Assembly (NCBI GenBank): GCA_042571125.1
Contig: JBHPFU010000002.1
Location: 109,878-173,877 of the forward strand
Source: Nanobdellota archaeon
GTDB lineage: Archaea > Nanobdellota > Nanobdellia > Woesearchaeales > UBA10107
Length of the DNA stretch: 64,000 nucleotides
Direction: 5' to 3'
Shown: piece by piece, positions 38,104-48,017 of the stretch
Layout: each line of letters starts with the position of its first letter
Position numbering within the stretch: the stretch's first letter is position 1
Position numbers and translations under genes: made by a program
The notes under the pieces: model-generated
What the model was told of the DNA's origin: nothing
Databases searched by the model: none
The model's input: the letters and a program-made list of their open reading frames with translations, nothing else

Positions 38104-38436
38104 ATGGCAGACGAAGAATTTGCAAAAGAAAAAGAGAGTTTTTTAAGCGGAGAAGATGAAGAACCCAGCGATGAAAAATCTCAGCACATGAGGGAAGGAA
38201 AAGAGGAAGTCGATGTTTATTCTGAAGAAGGAAGAGAAGAACTAATTGAAGAAGGAGAGATATCTCCCACAGAAGAAGGTTTTATGAAGGGCGCAGAAGG
38301 GCTTGGTAAAGAAGGTCATTGTGCTAATTGCGATAAGATGCTTAAAGAAGATTCTACAATTGAAACAGAAATTGACGGAGAACGCTATTTATTCTGTTCT
38401 GATCACTGCGTAGAAGAATTTAAGAAAAAAAAGTAA
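38104..38436 (+). CDS. Acidic protein with a C-terminal TRASH-type zinc-binding domain.
   Basis: C-x2-C-x19-C-x3-C pattern (CANCDK...FCSDHC). Glu-rich N-terminus. Confidence 0.55.
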   Translation: MADEEFAKEKESFLSGEDEEPSDEKSQHMREGKEEVDVYSEEGREELIEEGEISPTEEGFMKGAEGLGKEGHCANCDKMLKEDSTIETEIDGERYLFCSDHCVEEFKKKK

Positions 38437-38904
38437 TTATTCGAAGTGGATACTGAATATGTAGTCATCTACTCCTTTATAGAAATGATCTTTAAGGGTA
38501 GCTTCGTGTATAAGTCCTAACTCCTTGTAAAATTTATGCAATGCCTTATTATCCGAATGCACATAAAGGTATATTTTTCTTAGGTGTAATTTCTTATTCT
38601 TATATTCTTTATCAAGGGCCTGTACTGCTCTTTGAAACATCTCTTCTCTTATCTCTTCAAATCCTGGAAGAACATGGAATCTCATAATCTTACCCAGCCT
38701 GTGTTTAGGAAGCCCGATCCTTCTCCAAACAATGATGCCTACAATCTTACCTTCTTCTTCTGCAACAAGGTAGTTGTGGGCGGTTTTACTCTCTTCTTTG
38801 AATACAAAAATACCTTCGGCTACATTGCTTATTCTAAATCCTGCTTTTAGAATCTCAGCTATTTGTTTTGCATCCGTAAGTTTGGATTTTCTGAATTTAA
38901 CCAT
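38437..38904 (-). CDS. GNAT-family N-acetyltransferase.
   Basis: Acetyl-CoA-binding motif HVLPGFEEIREEMFQRAV and a GNAT fold. 155 aa. Confidence 0.7.
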   Translation of the reverse strand: MVKFRKSKLTDAKQIAEILKAGFRISNVAEGIFVFKEESKTAHNYLVAEEEGKIVGIIVWRRIGLPKHRLGKIMRFHVLPGFEEIREEMFQRAVQALDKEYKNKKLHLRKIYLYVHSDNKALHKFYKELGLIHEATLKDHFYKGVDDYIFSIHFE

Positions 38905-38937
38905 GTTTCCACCCTATTCTAAAAAGAGAGCACAAAG

Positions 38938-38947
38938 TATTTAAATA
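38938..38947. promoter_or_regulatory. Palindromic TATA box TATTTAAATA between the divergent GNAT and orc1/cdc6 genes. It may serve both directions.
   Basis: 25 bp upstream of the cdc6 ATG and about 35 bp from the GNAT ATG. Confidence 0.45.
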
Positions 38948-38967
38948 TTACTCTTTTTGATATATTC

Positions 38968-40041
38968 ATGGGGTTATTTAAAGATATGCTAAAGAGTGAT
39001 GAGACTCTTTTTAGGAACTCTATTGCTCTTGATTATGATTATATCCCCAAATTAATACCTTATAGAGAGGTTCAGCAAAAACATATTGCTACATGCATAA
39101 AACCTTTATTTCAGGAGAGAAATGGTCGCAATTTGTTTATCTATGGGCAGCCAGGGATTGGTAAAACCGTTGCTTGTAAACACGTTCTAAAGGAAATTGA
39201 AGAAGAATATGAGGAGGTTACTCCAGTTTATATCAATTGCTGGCAAAAGAACACAACATACAAGGTTTTGATGGAGATTTGTGATATTCTTGGCTATGCG
39301 TTTACTCAAAACAAAAAATCTGATGAATTGTTTAAAGTTATTAAAGAGATTTTGAATAAATCCTCTGTTGTTCTAGTCTTTGATGAAATTGACAAGGCAG
39401 ACGATTATGATTTTATCTATTTCTTTTTAGAAGAGATATACAGAAAGGCTGTTTTTTTGATTACAAACTACAAAGAATGGATAATTAACTTAGATGAAAG
39501 ATTAAAATCAAGACTAACCGCAGAGATGATGGAGTTTAAACCATACAATCTTGCAGAAACAAAAGGAATCTTAAAAGAAAGAGTTGGTTCTGCATTTGTA
39601 CCAAATGTTTTAGCTGAAAAGGCATTTGATACAGTTGTTAACAAAACTGCGGAATTAGAAGACATAAGATCTGGATTGTACATTATGAAAGAAGCTGCCA
39701 ACTTAGCAGAAGATGAAAGTTCTAAGAAAATAACTGAAAAACATGTTGAAGGGGCAATCCAAAAGTTAAAAGAGTTCACAATCAAAAAAACATCAGACAT
39801 AGATGAAGAGATGCAGTCGATATTAGATATTGTCAAATTCAATTCTGGAAAAAAAGCAGGAGACTTATTCAAAGTTTATCAAGAACAAGGGGGCAAATCA
39901 GTTTACAAAACATTCAAAAGAAAATTAGATAAACTAGAGAAAGGAAAATTTATTGTTCAAGAGAAAACAGAAGGCGGTTCTGAAGGAAACATTACTATTG
40001 TTAAATTAGCAGCTGAAGAAAAGAAGCTTACTGAGTTTTAA
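38968..40041 (+). CDS. cdc6: Orc1/Cdc6 replication-initiator AAA+ protein.
   Basis: Walker A GQPGIGKT. Walker B VLVFDEID. C-terminal winged helix. TATA TATTTAAATA 25 bp upstream. Confidence 0.85.
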   Translation: MGLFKDMLKSDETLFRNSIALDYDYIPKLIPYREVQQKHIATCIKPLFQERNGRNLFIYGQPGIGKTVACKHVLKEIEEEYEEVTPVYINCWQKNTTYKVLMEICDILGYAFTQNKKSDELFKVIKEILNKSSVVLVFDEIDKADDYDFIYFFLEEIYRKAVFLITNYKEWIINLDERLKSRLTAEMMEFKPYNLAETKGILKERVGSAFVPNVLAEKAFDTVVNKTAELEDIRSGLYIMKEAANLAEDESSKKITEKHVEGAIQKLKEFTIKKTSDIDEEMQSILDIVKFNSGKKAGDLFKVYQEQGGKSVYKTFKRKLDKLEKGKFIVQEKTEGGSEGNITIVKLAAEEKKLTEF

Positions 40042-40304
40042 TATTTTATTTCAAAGCTAGAAAAATCCTGGTCTTCTACTTTTTTTGTTTCTATTTTATC
40101 AACTCTTGCAATCAAAGGTCCTTTCTTGCATTTCTTAAGCAGTTCGTCTAGGGCTTCTTTCTGTCCTTGAACAATAACTTCTACTGTCCCGTCTTCTAGG
40201 TTTCTAACAAGACCTCTTAATCCGAGTTCATTTGCTCTACTTCTAATAAATGTTCTAAAGAAAACTCCCTGAACATTGCCAGTTATTATTATGCGTAAGG
40301 CCAT
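40038..40304 (-). CDS. Acylphosphatase.
   Basis: Signature GNVQGVFFR. 88 aa. Confidence 0.85.
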   Translation of the reverse strand: MALRIIITGNVQGVFFRTFIRSRANELGLRGLVRNLEDGTVEVIVQGQKEALDELLKKCKKGPLIARVDKIETKKVEDQDFSSFEIKY

Positions 40305-40483
40305 TAGAACTAATAATCTTTTTTATTTTATATAACATTCGGTAAAATCCCTTGCCACTGGACACAGGACAGGTTCACGACGAGTCTATATAAGTAACTT
40401 CTGACATACTTTATTACATGATTATGGCAGGCGAATTCACCGCCGAAAGGCGGAGTTCTGCCAATCAAAAAGAGGTGATTAAA

Positions 40484-40612
40484 ATGAACGGAAACGATAC
40501 AAGCTTAGAAACAATAAAGTTCCTTTTTTTCAGGCAGATAAGAGATATGACAATGAAAACTAATGGGATTGAAACATTTGATGTTCAATTCAGCGATAGA
40601 TGGTTAAGATGA
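40484..40612 (+). CDS. Possible small ORF (42 aa) with a strong Shine-Dalgarno sequence inside an otherwise non-coding 490-bp region. An upstream TATA at 40385-40394 would give a leader containing a GNRA-capped hairpin at 40426-40462.
   Basis: GAGGTGAT lies 4 nt upstream of the ATG. Hairpin GGCAG-g-cgaattca-CCGCC-GAAA-GGCGG-agtt-CTGCC. Not verifiable from sequence alone. Confidence 0.25.
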   Translation: MNGNDTSLETIKFLFFRQIRDMTMKTNGIETFDVQFSDRWLR

Positions 40613-40761
40613 AGCCAATCCAAAATCTGCTTGCAGAATACGAAGAAATACTTAATTTTCATATTGGCACGGATACGATTTTGTTGGGGAATACCACTCT
40701 AGGCCATATCAGCTGCCCTCACTAATTCTTAAACGCACCGCTCCCCCTTATTGGCCGGGGG

Positions 40762-40775
40762 GAAACCTTTTTAAA
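40762..40775 (+). promoter_or_regulatory. BRE/TATA promoter for the sua5/yrdC gene.
   Basis: GAAACC-TTTTTAAA, 22 bp upstream of ATG 40797. Confidence 0.55.
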
Positions 40776-40796
40776 CCACCAAAATCTCTAATATAT

Positions 40797-41366
40797 ATGA
40801 GAACATTAACTATAGACGAATTCAAGCTTCACAAGGGAAATGTCGCTAAATATGTTGAAGATGGCGCTATTTTCATATATCCTACAGATACTATTTACGG
40901 AATCGGCTGCAATGCAGTAGACGAACATGCAGTTGGCGTTCTAAGAAGCATAAAGTACAGATATAAGAGACCATTCTCAGTAATTGCACCAAACAAAGAC
41001 TGGATTAGAAACAATTGCGACGTAACTGAAGAAGGAGAAGAATGGCTTGAAAAATTACCTGGGCCATACACATTAATTCTTAAACTAAAAGATAAGACTT
41101 GTGTTGCACCCGGTGTTTGCCAAGGTGTTGATACCTTGGGTGTGAGAATACCTGATCACTGGATAAGCGAGTTAGTCTCAAACATTGGAGTGCCGGTTGT
41201 AACAACGTCTGTTAACCTCACTGGAGAAGATTTTGCAAATTCTGTTGAATCAATAAGCCCGAAAATAAAAGGCAAGGTTGATTTTGCTATTGATGAAGGC
41301 GAAAAAACAGGCAGACCTTCAACTCTGGTTCATTTAGATAAAGGCGGCAGACTAGAGGAAAGATGA
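40797..41366 (+). CDS. Sua5/YrdC-family t6A threonylcarbamoyl-AMP synthase (YrdC domain only).
   Basis: YPTDTIYGIGCNA..VIAPNKDW.. is a YrdC-like fold. TATA TTTTTAAA 22 bp upstream. Confidence 0.75.
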   Translation: MRTLTIDEFKLHKGNVAKYVEDGAIFIYPTDTIYGIGCNAVDEHAVGVLRSIKYRYKRPFSVIAPNKDWIRNNCDVTEEGEEWLEKLPGPYTLILKLKDKTCVAPGVCQGVDTLGVRIPDHWISELVSNIGVPVVTTSVNLTGEDFANSVESISPKIKGKVDFAIDEGEKTGRPSTLVHLDKGGRLEER

Positions 41367-41965
41367 AAGTTCTAGCAGCAGGAGACATACACGGAGATAC
41401 TTCCTTAGCTCAATCTTTAGCAGACAAAGCTGAAAAAGAAAATGTTGATATTGTTATTCTTTGTGGCGATTTGACAATGGCTGAACAATCTACAGAAAAT
41501 ATTGTTGGTCCTTTTGTTAAAAAAAATAAAAAAGTTGTTCTAATCCCGGGAAATCATGAGACTATTGCAACTGCTGACTTCTTAGCAGAGCTATACGATG
41601 TTACAAACCTGCATGGTTATTCAATAAAATACAAAGATATTGGTTTTTTCGGTTGCGGAGGAGCAAATATCGGGATTCATCAGCTATCAGAAGATGAAAT
41701 ATTCAATACATTGAAAAAAGGGTTTGAAAATGTCAAAGATCTTAAAAAGAAAATAATGATAACTCATGTTCACCCTTCTGAGTCTGTTATGGAAAAATTC
41801 ACACAGATTTTCCCAGGATCAAAAGGATTAAAGAAAGCGGTTGATGAATTCAAACCTGATTTCTTACTTTGCAGCCATGTTCATGAGGCTGAAGGTATTG
41901 AAGAAATGCTTGGAGATACAAAAGTAATCAATGTTGGTAAAGAAGGGAAGATACTTAACCTATAA
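41363..41965 (+). CDS. Calcineurin-like metallophosphoesterase.
   Basis: GDIHGD, GDLT and GNHE motifs. Confidence 0.75.
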   Translation: MKVLAAGDIHGDTSLAQSLADKAEKENVDIVILCGDLTMAEQSTENIVGPFVKKNKKVVLIPGNHETIATADFLAELYDVTNLHGYSIKYKDIGFFGCGGANIGIHQLSEDEIFNTLKKGFENVKDLKKKIMITHVHPSESVMEKFTQIFPGSKGLKKAVDEFKPDFLLCSHVHEAEGIEEMLGDTKVINVGKEGKILNL

Positions 41966-42506
41966 CTTCTTCAACTAATTTCTTTATTTTAGAATTTTTA
42001 ATTTGTATTTCTTTAACCATTCCTTTTGCTTTATCAGACATTCTTTCATACATGAACTTAATTTTTTTTATTGTATTTTCTGGACCATTTAATTTATAAT
42101 AAAATTCTAGATTATTCTCAAAGAAAGATAAGCTATCTGCATCCATTATATAATCTGAATCTTCATCTCCTCCGAATTCATGAGCAAGAACGATACGTTC
42201 TACTTTTTTAATCGAATAATCATCAAAATCGTGTTTCTTCATCAAATCTACAATAATTTTGGCACTTTTTTCTGAATGTTCTTTCTTATATTCATCATAA
42301 TTATCGAATTTTTCTACTATTTTTTTTCCCTGGAATCCTCTTTCTATATCGTGTGCCAAAGCTGCAATTTGTAATGGGATGTCTGCCCAGGGTTTTAATT
42401 TAAAAAGCCATTTTTTAGTTGTTTCGGAATGGATTGGATCTACTTCTACGGGTGAATGCGAGATTATTTCTTCTATTTCCTTTACTAATTGTTTAAAATC
42501 TCCCAT
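41955..42506 (-). CDS. HD-domain phosphohydrolase.
   Basis: H..HD motif (LAHDIERG). 183 aa. Confidence 0.6.
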   Translation of the reverse strand: MGDFKQLVKEIEEIISHSPVEVDPIHSETTKKWLFKLKPWADIPLQIAALAHDIERGFQGKKIVEKFDNYDEYKKEHSEKSAKIIVDLMKKHDFDDYSIKKVERIVLAHEFGGDEDSDYIMDADSLSFFENNLEFYYKLNGPENTIKKIKFMYERMSDKAKGMVKEIQIKNSKIKKLVEEVIG

Positions 42507-42507
42507 T

Positions 42508-43929
42508 TTAACCTTTAATTACTCCCAAAGGCTTTAATCTAACAACTAGATTTCCAATTCCTGCTTTGTGAGAAACATTAACAACTTCATCTATATCTTT
42601 GTAAGCAAGAGGAGCTTCTTCTGCAACACCTTTCCATGATGTTTGTTTAAGATGTATTCCTTTCGATAATAAATCCTGCTTAACCTTCTCTCCTCTAAAC
42701 TGATCTATTGCTGCATGTCTTGACATTGTTCGTCCAGCACCGTGCGCTGTTGAACCAAATGTTTCCTGCATACCTTTCTCAGTTCCAACCAGAACATAAG
42801 AAGCAGTACCCATCGAACCAGGAATGATTATCGGCTGTCCTACTTCACGATAAGCTTCAGGAACTTCCTTACGACCAGGACCAAAAGCACGAGTAGCACC
42901 TTTTCTATGCATGTAAACTTTTATTTTCTTGCCTTCAAACTCATGTTCTTCTATCTTAGCGATATTGTGAGCAACATCATATACTGTTTTAATTTCATCC
43001 TTGCCAAACACTTCTTTGTACGCTAATCTGACTTGATGAGCAATAACGTGTCTGTTGCACCATGCAAAATTAGCTGCTGCAGCCATTGCACCATAATACC
43101 TCTTACAAATATTAGATCCGGCAGGAGCATAAATTAATTCACGATCTGGCAATCCAGCAACAAGATCTGGATACTCCTTTTCCATCTCTCTTAGATAATC
43201 CGAGCAAACCTGATGTCCTAATCCACGAGAACCGCAATGTATCATGATAACAATCTGTCCTTTCTTCTCTATTCCGAATACTTTTGCAGTTTCTTCATCA
43301 TAAATTTCATCAACATACTGCATTTCCAGGAAATGATTCCCAGAACCAAGTGTTGCAATTTGTTTTTTCCCTCTTTTCTTTGCTTGATCGGAGACAGCAG
43401 ATGAATCTGCACCAGGCATTGAGCCATATTCTTCACAATGATCCAAGTCTTCTTTTGTTCCATACCCATTTTCAACGGCCCACTTAGCGCCAGTATTCAG
43501 AATCTTGTCTAATTCTACAAGATCAACAGTAATATTACTAGACCCAAGGCCTGCTGGAACATTTTTGTACAGGGCATCAAGAAACAAGTCTATTTTTTCT
43601 TCTGCCTCATCTTTAATTAAGTTTGTGCTTAACAAACGAACTCCGCAGTTAATATCATAACCGATCCCGCCTGGTGAAATCCCACCAGTTTCAAAATCTA
43701 ATGCTGCAACACCGCCAATCGGAAAACCATACCCTTGGTGACCGTCAGGCATTACCATTGCTTTATAGATACCAGGAAGATGCGCAAAGTTCTGAGCTTG
43801 CAGCAAAGTCTTATCTTTTTTCATTATCTCCAGCAATTTCTCAGAAGCATAGACTATTGTAGGTACTTTCATCCCCCCGGTCTTAGGAATTTCCCATTTG
43901 AAATCATTTATTTTTTTTAATTCTGTCAT
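42508..43929 (-). CDS. rtcB: RtcB RNA-splicing ligase.
   Basis: 473 aa with conserved His/Cys metal ligands, including GSMGTASYVL..HGAGR. Confidence 0.9.
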   Translation of the reverse strand: MTELKKINDFKWEIPKTGGMKVPTIVYASEKLLEIMKKDKTLLQAQNFAHLPGIYKAMVMPDGHQGYGFPIGGVAALDFETGGISPGGIGYDINCGVRLLSTNLIKDEAEEKIDLFLDALYKNVPAGLGSSNITVDLVELDKILNTGAKWAVENGYGTKEDLDHCEEYGSMPGADSSAVSDQAKKRGKKQIATLGSGNHFLEMQYVDEIYDEETAKVFGIEKKGQIVIMIHCGSRGLGHQVCSDYLREMEKEYPDLVAGLPDRELIYAPAGSNICKRYYGAMAAAANFAWCNRHVIAHQVRLAYKEVFGKDEIKTVYDVAHNIAKIEEHEFEGKKIKVYMHRKGATRAFGPGRKEVPEAYREVGQPIIIPGSMGTASYVLVGTEKGMQETFGSTAHGAGRTMSRHAAIDQFRGEKVKQDLLSKGIHLKQTSWKGVAEEAPLAYKDIDEVVNVSHKAGIGNLVVRLKPLGVIKG

Positions 43930-44345
43930 ATATCCACCACGACTTGGATTGTAACTCCCGCATCTTCTTCTTTAATAAACATTTCGCTGTACGTAACTGC
44001 TTTAATATCGGTATTAATTGGGTAGCTAGTAATATTATCAGCGCCAACAACAACTGCAGTTAGTTTATATTTTTTATTTTTTTCAATTTTGATAGAATCC
44101 ACAGCATGCAATAAGAAAGGAACTGAATCCAACAATATTAATAATTCTGACAGAAAATCATAAAGCAGAGCCTCTTTATTTTCAGATTCAACAACTATTT
44201 TTTTTGTTATAGAAGTCATAACATCCTCTGTATCTGTAATCACATTAAACATAGCAAGAGCAGCATTAGAAAATGCTTCTTCGAGTGTTTTTCCAAATGC
44301 CTGAAATTTTGCATCCGCGGTGTGCTCTAAAAATTTGAATTTCAT
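43926..44345 (-). CDS. Archease (RtcB activator).
   Basis: MKFKFLEHTADAKF matches the archease N-terminus. Co-oriented and overlapping with rtcB. Confidence 0.85.
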   Translation of the reverse strand: MKFKFLEHTADAKFQAFGKTLEEAFSNAALAMFNVITDTEDVMTSITKKIVVESENKEALLYDFLSELLILLDSVPFLLHAVDSIKIEKNKKYKLTAVVVGADNITSYPINTDIKAVTYSEMFIKEEDAGVTIQVVVDI

Positions 44346-44350
44346 GAGAA

Positions 44351-44653
44351 TTAATAAGGTCGCAACGAATCTATGAGATCTCCTTTGTTCTCCTCTTCTT
44401 TACTCTCTTCTGTTGAGGTCGTTGGAGCATCAAACATATTAAACAATCCGCCGGATGATTCTGAGCTTGAAGGCTCTGAATAACTGGATGGTGCGGAGTA
44501 AGGCTCGGATGATCCTACTGTTGGTGAATTATCATCAAATATATTCCCTGAGTTGAAGTTAGCTCTTGGGCTTTCATTGGCTATAGCCCTCAACATCTCC
44601 AGAAGGTGCTTTATCTCGTGCTTATCATCTCTTGTGTCTATCGTTATTTTCAT
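44351..44653 (-). CDS. Hypothetical Ser/Glu-rich low-complexity protein (100 aa).
   Basis: ORF only. Adjacent to archease. Confidence 0.35.
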   Translation of the reverse strand: MKITIDTRDDKHEIKHLLEMLRAIANESPRANFNSGNIFDDNSPTVGSSEPYSAPSSYSEPSSSESSGGLFNMFDAPTTSTEESKEEENKGDLIDSLRPY

Positions 44654-44689
44654 ATATTAATCAAAAGAGAACTAATATTTAAATTTTCC

Positions 44690-45481
44690 CTATAAAAACA
44701 TCTTCTGATAGTTCATATATATATTTTTCTCAACTTCTGCTTCGTCCATTCCTTTTATCCTTGCTATCTGCTTTATTGTCTCTCTTACAAAAGCTGGCTC
44801 ATTTCTTTGCTCTGGGAAAGGAGATAAGTAAGGGGCATCTGTCTCTGTCAACAACTGATTAATATTCACTAATTCTGTCATGAGCTGGAAATGTTGAAGC
44901 CGATTAATAATCGGAGGGATAGAAAAGGACCATCCGTTATCAGCAGCTCTTTTTATAACGTGTTTTCTTCCGTTAAAGCAGTGTAAAACTACTTTTTTTA
45001 ATTTGGAAGACTCTAACATCTCAACAGCATCAACTTCTGCTTTTCTTGAATGAATAATAATCGGTTTTTTTATTTTTTCAACAAAATCAATAACTTTTTG
45101 GAATGTTTCTTTTTGTTCTTTCTCTCTTCCTTTCACCCATTTGTAATCAAGGCCACACTCACCTATTGCAACACATTTGTCTTTATTCTCTTTTATCCAT
45201 TTTAGCTCATCTTCAACATCAAGAACTTCAACATCTCTCACAAATCCGTCCGATTCTCTTGTTTCCATCTCTGCAGCAAGAGCATCAATAGGGTAAAGAC
45301 CAAAACTACAGCTCACAATATCATATTTTTTAGCAATATCAAGAACAATTCTGTTTGTGGAAGAATTAACGCCAGATGTAATTATAGATTTAACTCCTGC
45401 GTCTTTAGCTCGCTCAATAACTTCATTCAAGTCGTCTTTAAATTTTGCATGATCTAGGTGTGCGTGTATATCAACTAACAT
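44690..45481 (-). CDS. TatD-family metal-dependent hydrolase / DNase.
   Basis: N-terminal DIHAHLD and the TIM-barrel TatD pattern. Confidence 0.8.
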   Translation of the reverse strand: MLVDIHAHLDHAKFKDDLNEVIERAKDAGVKSIITSGVNSSTNRIVLDIAKKYDIVSCSFGLYPIDALAAEMETRESDGFVRDVEVLDVEDELKWIKENKDKCVAIGECGLDYKWVKGREKEQKETFQKVIDFVEKIKKPIIIHSRKAEVDAVEMLESSKLKKVVLHCFNGRKHVIKRAADNGWSFSIPPIINRLQHFQLMTELVNINQLLTETDAPYLSPFPEQRNEPAFVRETIKQIARIKGMDEAEVEKNIYMNYQKMFL

Positions 45482-46476
45482 TTTATCAAATTATAATCTG
45501 TAGAACCAAGTCCAAGACGTTCTCCTTCTTTTATCTGGTGCATTGGAGATTTATTATTGTGTTTTTCGAACACATCTTCTCCTTCTTTTTCAACAACTAA
45601 GTCGAATGATGCTTTGTCAGCAGCAATAATGTCATCACTAAAAACAACCCCCACATCTTTTGCTATTATTTCGCTAGGATGCCCAAAGCAATCACAAAGT
45701 TTTGCTACTTCATTTATTATGTTAACAAAATATGATTTTTTAACCGCTTTTAGAACAGCCTGTGCTGCCTCAGCAAGAAGAGTATCAAAAAACGCATTTC
45801 TTGGAGATAATGCATCGTAAGGACAAACATATTGACAGATACTGCATCCAAAACATTTTTTATAGTCAAAAACTGATTTCTCGTTCTCTAATTTAATGGC
45901 TTTTGCAGGACATTTCTCAACACAGGTTCCGCAACCAGTACATTTATCTATGTCTAGATTCGGCTTTGAACCTTCGTGCTGATCTTTTTTAGATTGTTTT
46001 GTAACTCCTCCCATTCCAAGATTCTTAATTGCAGCTCCAAATCCTCCGCAAGGATGCCCCTTTACATGGCTCATTACAAGCATTCCGTCTGCTTCTGCCA
46101 AAGGTTTGCAAACCTGAACTGTTAAGTGGTCTGTTTTGATGGGAGTGAATTCATTTGACACAACAATAGGGCAGCCCATAGCTTCCTCTGTGTACCCGTG
46201 TTCGCCAACTGCTTTGATATGCGTATCTACTTCTGCTCTTGGACTGTTATAATTAACTAACGAATCAAATAAGAATGGTTTTACTCCTAATCTTTTCAAT
46301 AGGTCAACAACTTTTTTTGTATATTCTGGAGAAATATAATGAGGATTTCCTGGCTCACCAAAATGAATCTTAATTGCTATCTTTTCTCCTTCAGAAAAGA
46401 CACCTTTGATTAAGGGCTCTAAGCATTTATCAAGCTCGTCCATCCTGCCAATGTCAAGGAAATTTACATCTGACAT
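45475..46476 (-). CDS. DUF362-domain protein with a 2x[4Fe-4S] ferredoxin domain.
   Basis: CTGCGTCVEKCP and CFGCSICQYVCP. Confidence 0.65.
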   Translation of the reverse strand: MSDVNFLDIGRMDELDKCLEPLIKGVFSEGEKIAIKIHFGEPGNPHYISPEYTKKVVDLLKRLGVKPFLFDSLVNYNSPRAEVDTHIKAVGEHGYTEEAMGCPIVVSNEFTPIKTDHLTVQVCKPLAEADGMLVMSHVKGHPCGGFGAAIKNLGMGGVTKQSKKDQHEGSKPNLDIDKCTGCGTCVEKCPAKAIKLENEKSVFDYKKCFGCSICQYVCPYDALSPRNAFFDTLLAEAAQAVLKAVKKSYFVNIINEVAKLCDCFGHPSEIIAKDVGVVFSDDIIAADKASFDLVVEKEGEDVFEKHNNKSPMHQIKEGERLGLGSTDYNLIKC

Positions 46477-46501
46477 AGAATCATTAAGAGAATAAGTATA
46501 T

Positions 46502-47416
46502 TTAAATTCTTTCTTTTATTGCTGCGACAATCAAAGGTAATGCTATGGTAATATCGCAGATAACATCAACAAACTTACCTTCAGACTCCATCTTGCCCCA
46601 AGAAATTCCTTCTTTTAGTTCTGCTCCTGAAGATCCTCCGGGTTCTGGTCTGTCCATTGTGATTTGAACACCGTATGATGCTCCTTTTGAGAATTGCATT
46701 GCCTGTTGAATATAATTTTTTGGAACTCCCCCTCCTAAATACACAACTCCTGTCTTTTTTGCATCCCATGCCAAAGAGATCATATCCTTCAGATCGTCAA
46801 ATGCTTTTGTCGCTACTTGTTTTCCTTTAGCAATCTGTCCCCACATCATCAAGCCAATGCCTGAATCTGCGATTCCTGGACAGAAAAGAGGAATTTTTTC
46901 CTGATAACAAATCCTCAAAATAGAATTTTCATCTTCAACTAAAGACCCAATCTTCCATAATAACTCATTTATCTTCTCAATATCTTTCAATTCATCAAAA
47001 TGTTTCTCAAAAAAGTCTTCTAGTTTTTCATAAACTTCGTTGGGCATAAAAGAATCATAGATTCTATCAATTCCTTTCTTATTAAGCTCTTCATCGGACA
47101 CATTATGCGATCCTTGGAAATGATTAAATCCTAATGCTTCAACTAAATCGTGAGTTAGGTTAGCACCAGTTGTAACAAACACATCAATATAATGATTTTT
47201 TAGCATATCTGTAACTATATTTTTCATTCCTCCAGGAACCATTGCTCCGGCTAATCCCAAGAATACTTTGCAATCTTTATCTTTGACCATATCTACTAGA
47301 ATTCCTGAAGCTTTTGCTATCCTCCCCGCACCCATCACTCCGGAAGAAGACATCTCATTGACTAGATCATTCGCCGACATTCCTTTTCTTAGGTCTATTT
47401 GTTTGACTTTTTTCAT
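46502..47416 (-). CDS. dys: Deoxyhypusine synthase.
   Basis: 304 aa. The NAD-binding and spermidine-site pattern is typical of archaeal DHS (GGGVPKN). Confidence 0.8.
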   Translation of the reverse strand: MKKVKQIDLRKGMSANDLVNEMSSSGVMGAGRIAKASGILVDMVKDKDCKVFLGLAGAMVPGGMKNIVTDMLKNHYIDVFVTTGANLTHDLVEALGFNHFQGSHNVSDEELNKKGIDRIYDSFMPNEVYEKLEDFFEKHFDELKDIEKINELLWKIGSLVEDENSILRICYQEKIPLFCPGIADSGIGLMMWGQIAKGKQVATKAFDDLKDMISLAWDAKKTGVVYLGGGVPKNYIQQAMQFSKGASYGVQITMDRPEPGGSSGAELKEGISWGKMESEGKFVDVICDITIALPLIVAAIKERI

Positions 47417-47547
47417 ATTGCTTCCTAGAATAAGTTCATGATCCGTGTCTTCTAACAGAATCCATGGAAAGAAGCAATATAGTGCCCTATTTAAATTTAA
47501 CCAAAAGCTTTATAAATCAAATATATCTTCTTTGATTGGGTGGTCAC

Positions 47548-47955
47548 ATGGCTATAGTTGGATTTAATTTCAATAAAATAACCGCAGAAAAAAAGTCTGC
47601 AGTAAAAGGAAAGATTAAGATAAATAATAATGTTTCAATTAAAGATGTTTCTTCAATGGATTTCAGTATTGGATCCACAAAACAAAAAGGATTGAAATAC
47701 GGCTATGAATTCACAGCTAAATTCGAACCTAATCTGGGGAGCATAGTAATACAAGGAGATGTTCTTTCCCTAGAAGAAGCGTCCAAAGTTGATGAAATTC
47801 TTAAGCAATGGAAAAAGAGTAAGAAAGTAGGCAATGAATTTATGGTGCCAATAATGAATACTATTCTTTCAAAATGTAACATAAAAGCGTTAATTTTGAG
47901 CCAGGATTTAAATCTGCCAGCACCGCTACAGATGCCAAGAGTAAAAGCTAAATAG
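47548..47955 (+). CDS. Hypothetical protein.
   Basis: ORF with BRE/TATA AAAGCTTTATAAA about 32 bp upstream. The ATG at 47548 is preferred over the TTG at 47536. Confidence 0.45.
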   Translation: MAIVGFNFNKITAEKKSAVKGKIKINNNVSIKDVSSMDFSIGSTKQKGLKYGYEFTAKFEPNLGSIVIQGDVLSLEEASKVDEILKQWKKSKKVGNEFMVPIMNTILSKCNIKALILSQDLNLPAPLQMPRVKAK

Positions 47956-48017
47956 GCTTTTTAGGCTCTAGGAAGGGGCTTTCCGAAAGATTTATATACT
48001 GGATGTGTATACATTGA

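Noticed and set aside
40418-40612. The 64-aa ORF starting at the first ATG.
   Set aside because: The N-terminal 22 codons run through the GNRA hairpin. A Shine-Dalgarno-preceded internal ATG at 40484 is more plausible, and the whole ORF may be non-coding. I kept only a low-confidence small ORF.
40305-40796. RNase P RNA or SRP RNA in the large intergenic region.
   Set aside because: I could not find the universal P4 motif (AAAGUCC / GGACUU) on either strand. There is no clear SRP helix-8 consensus either. The region is left as an unassigned candidate.
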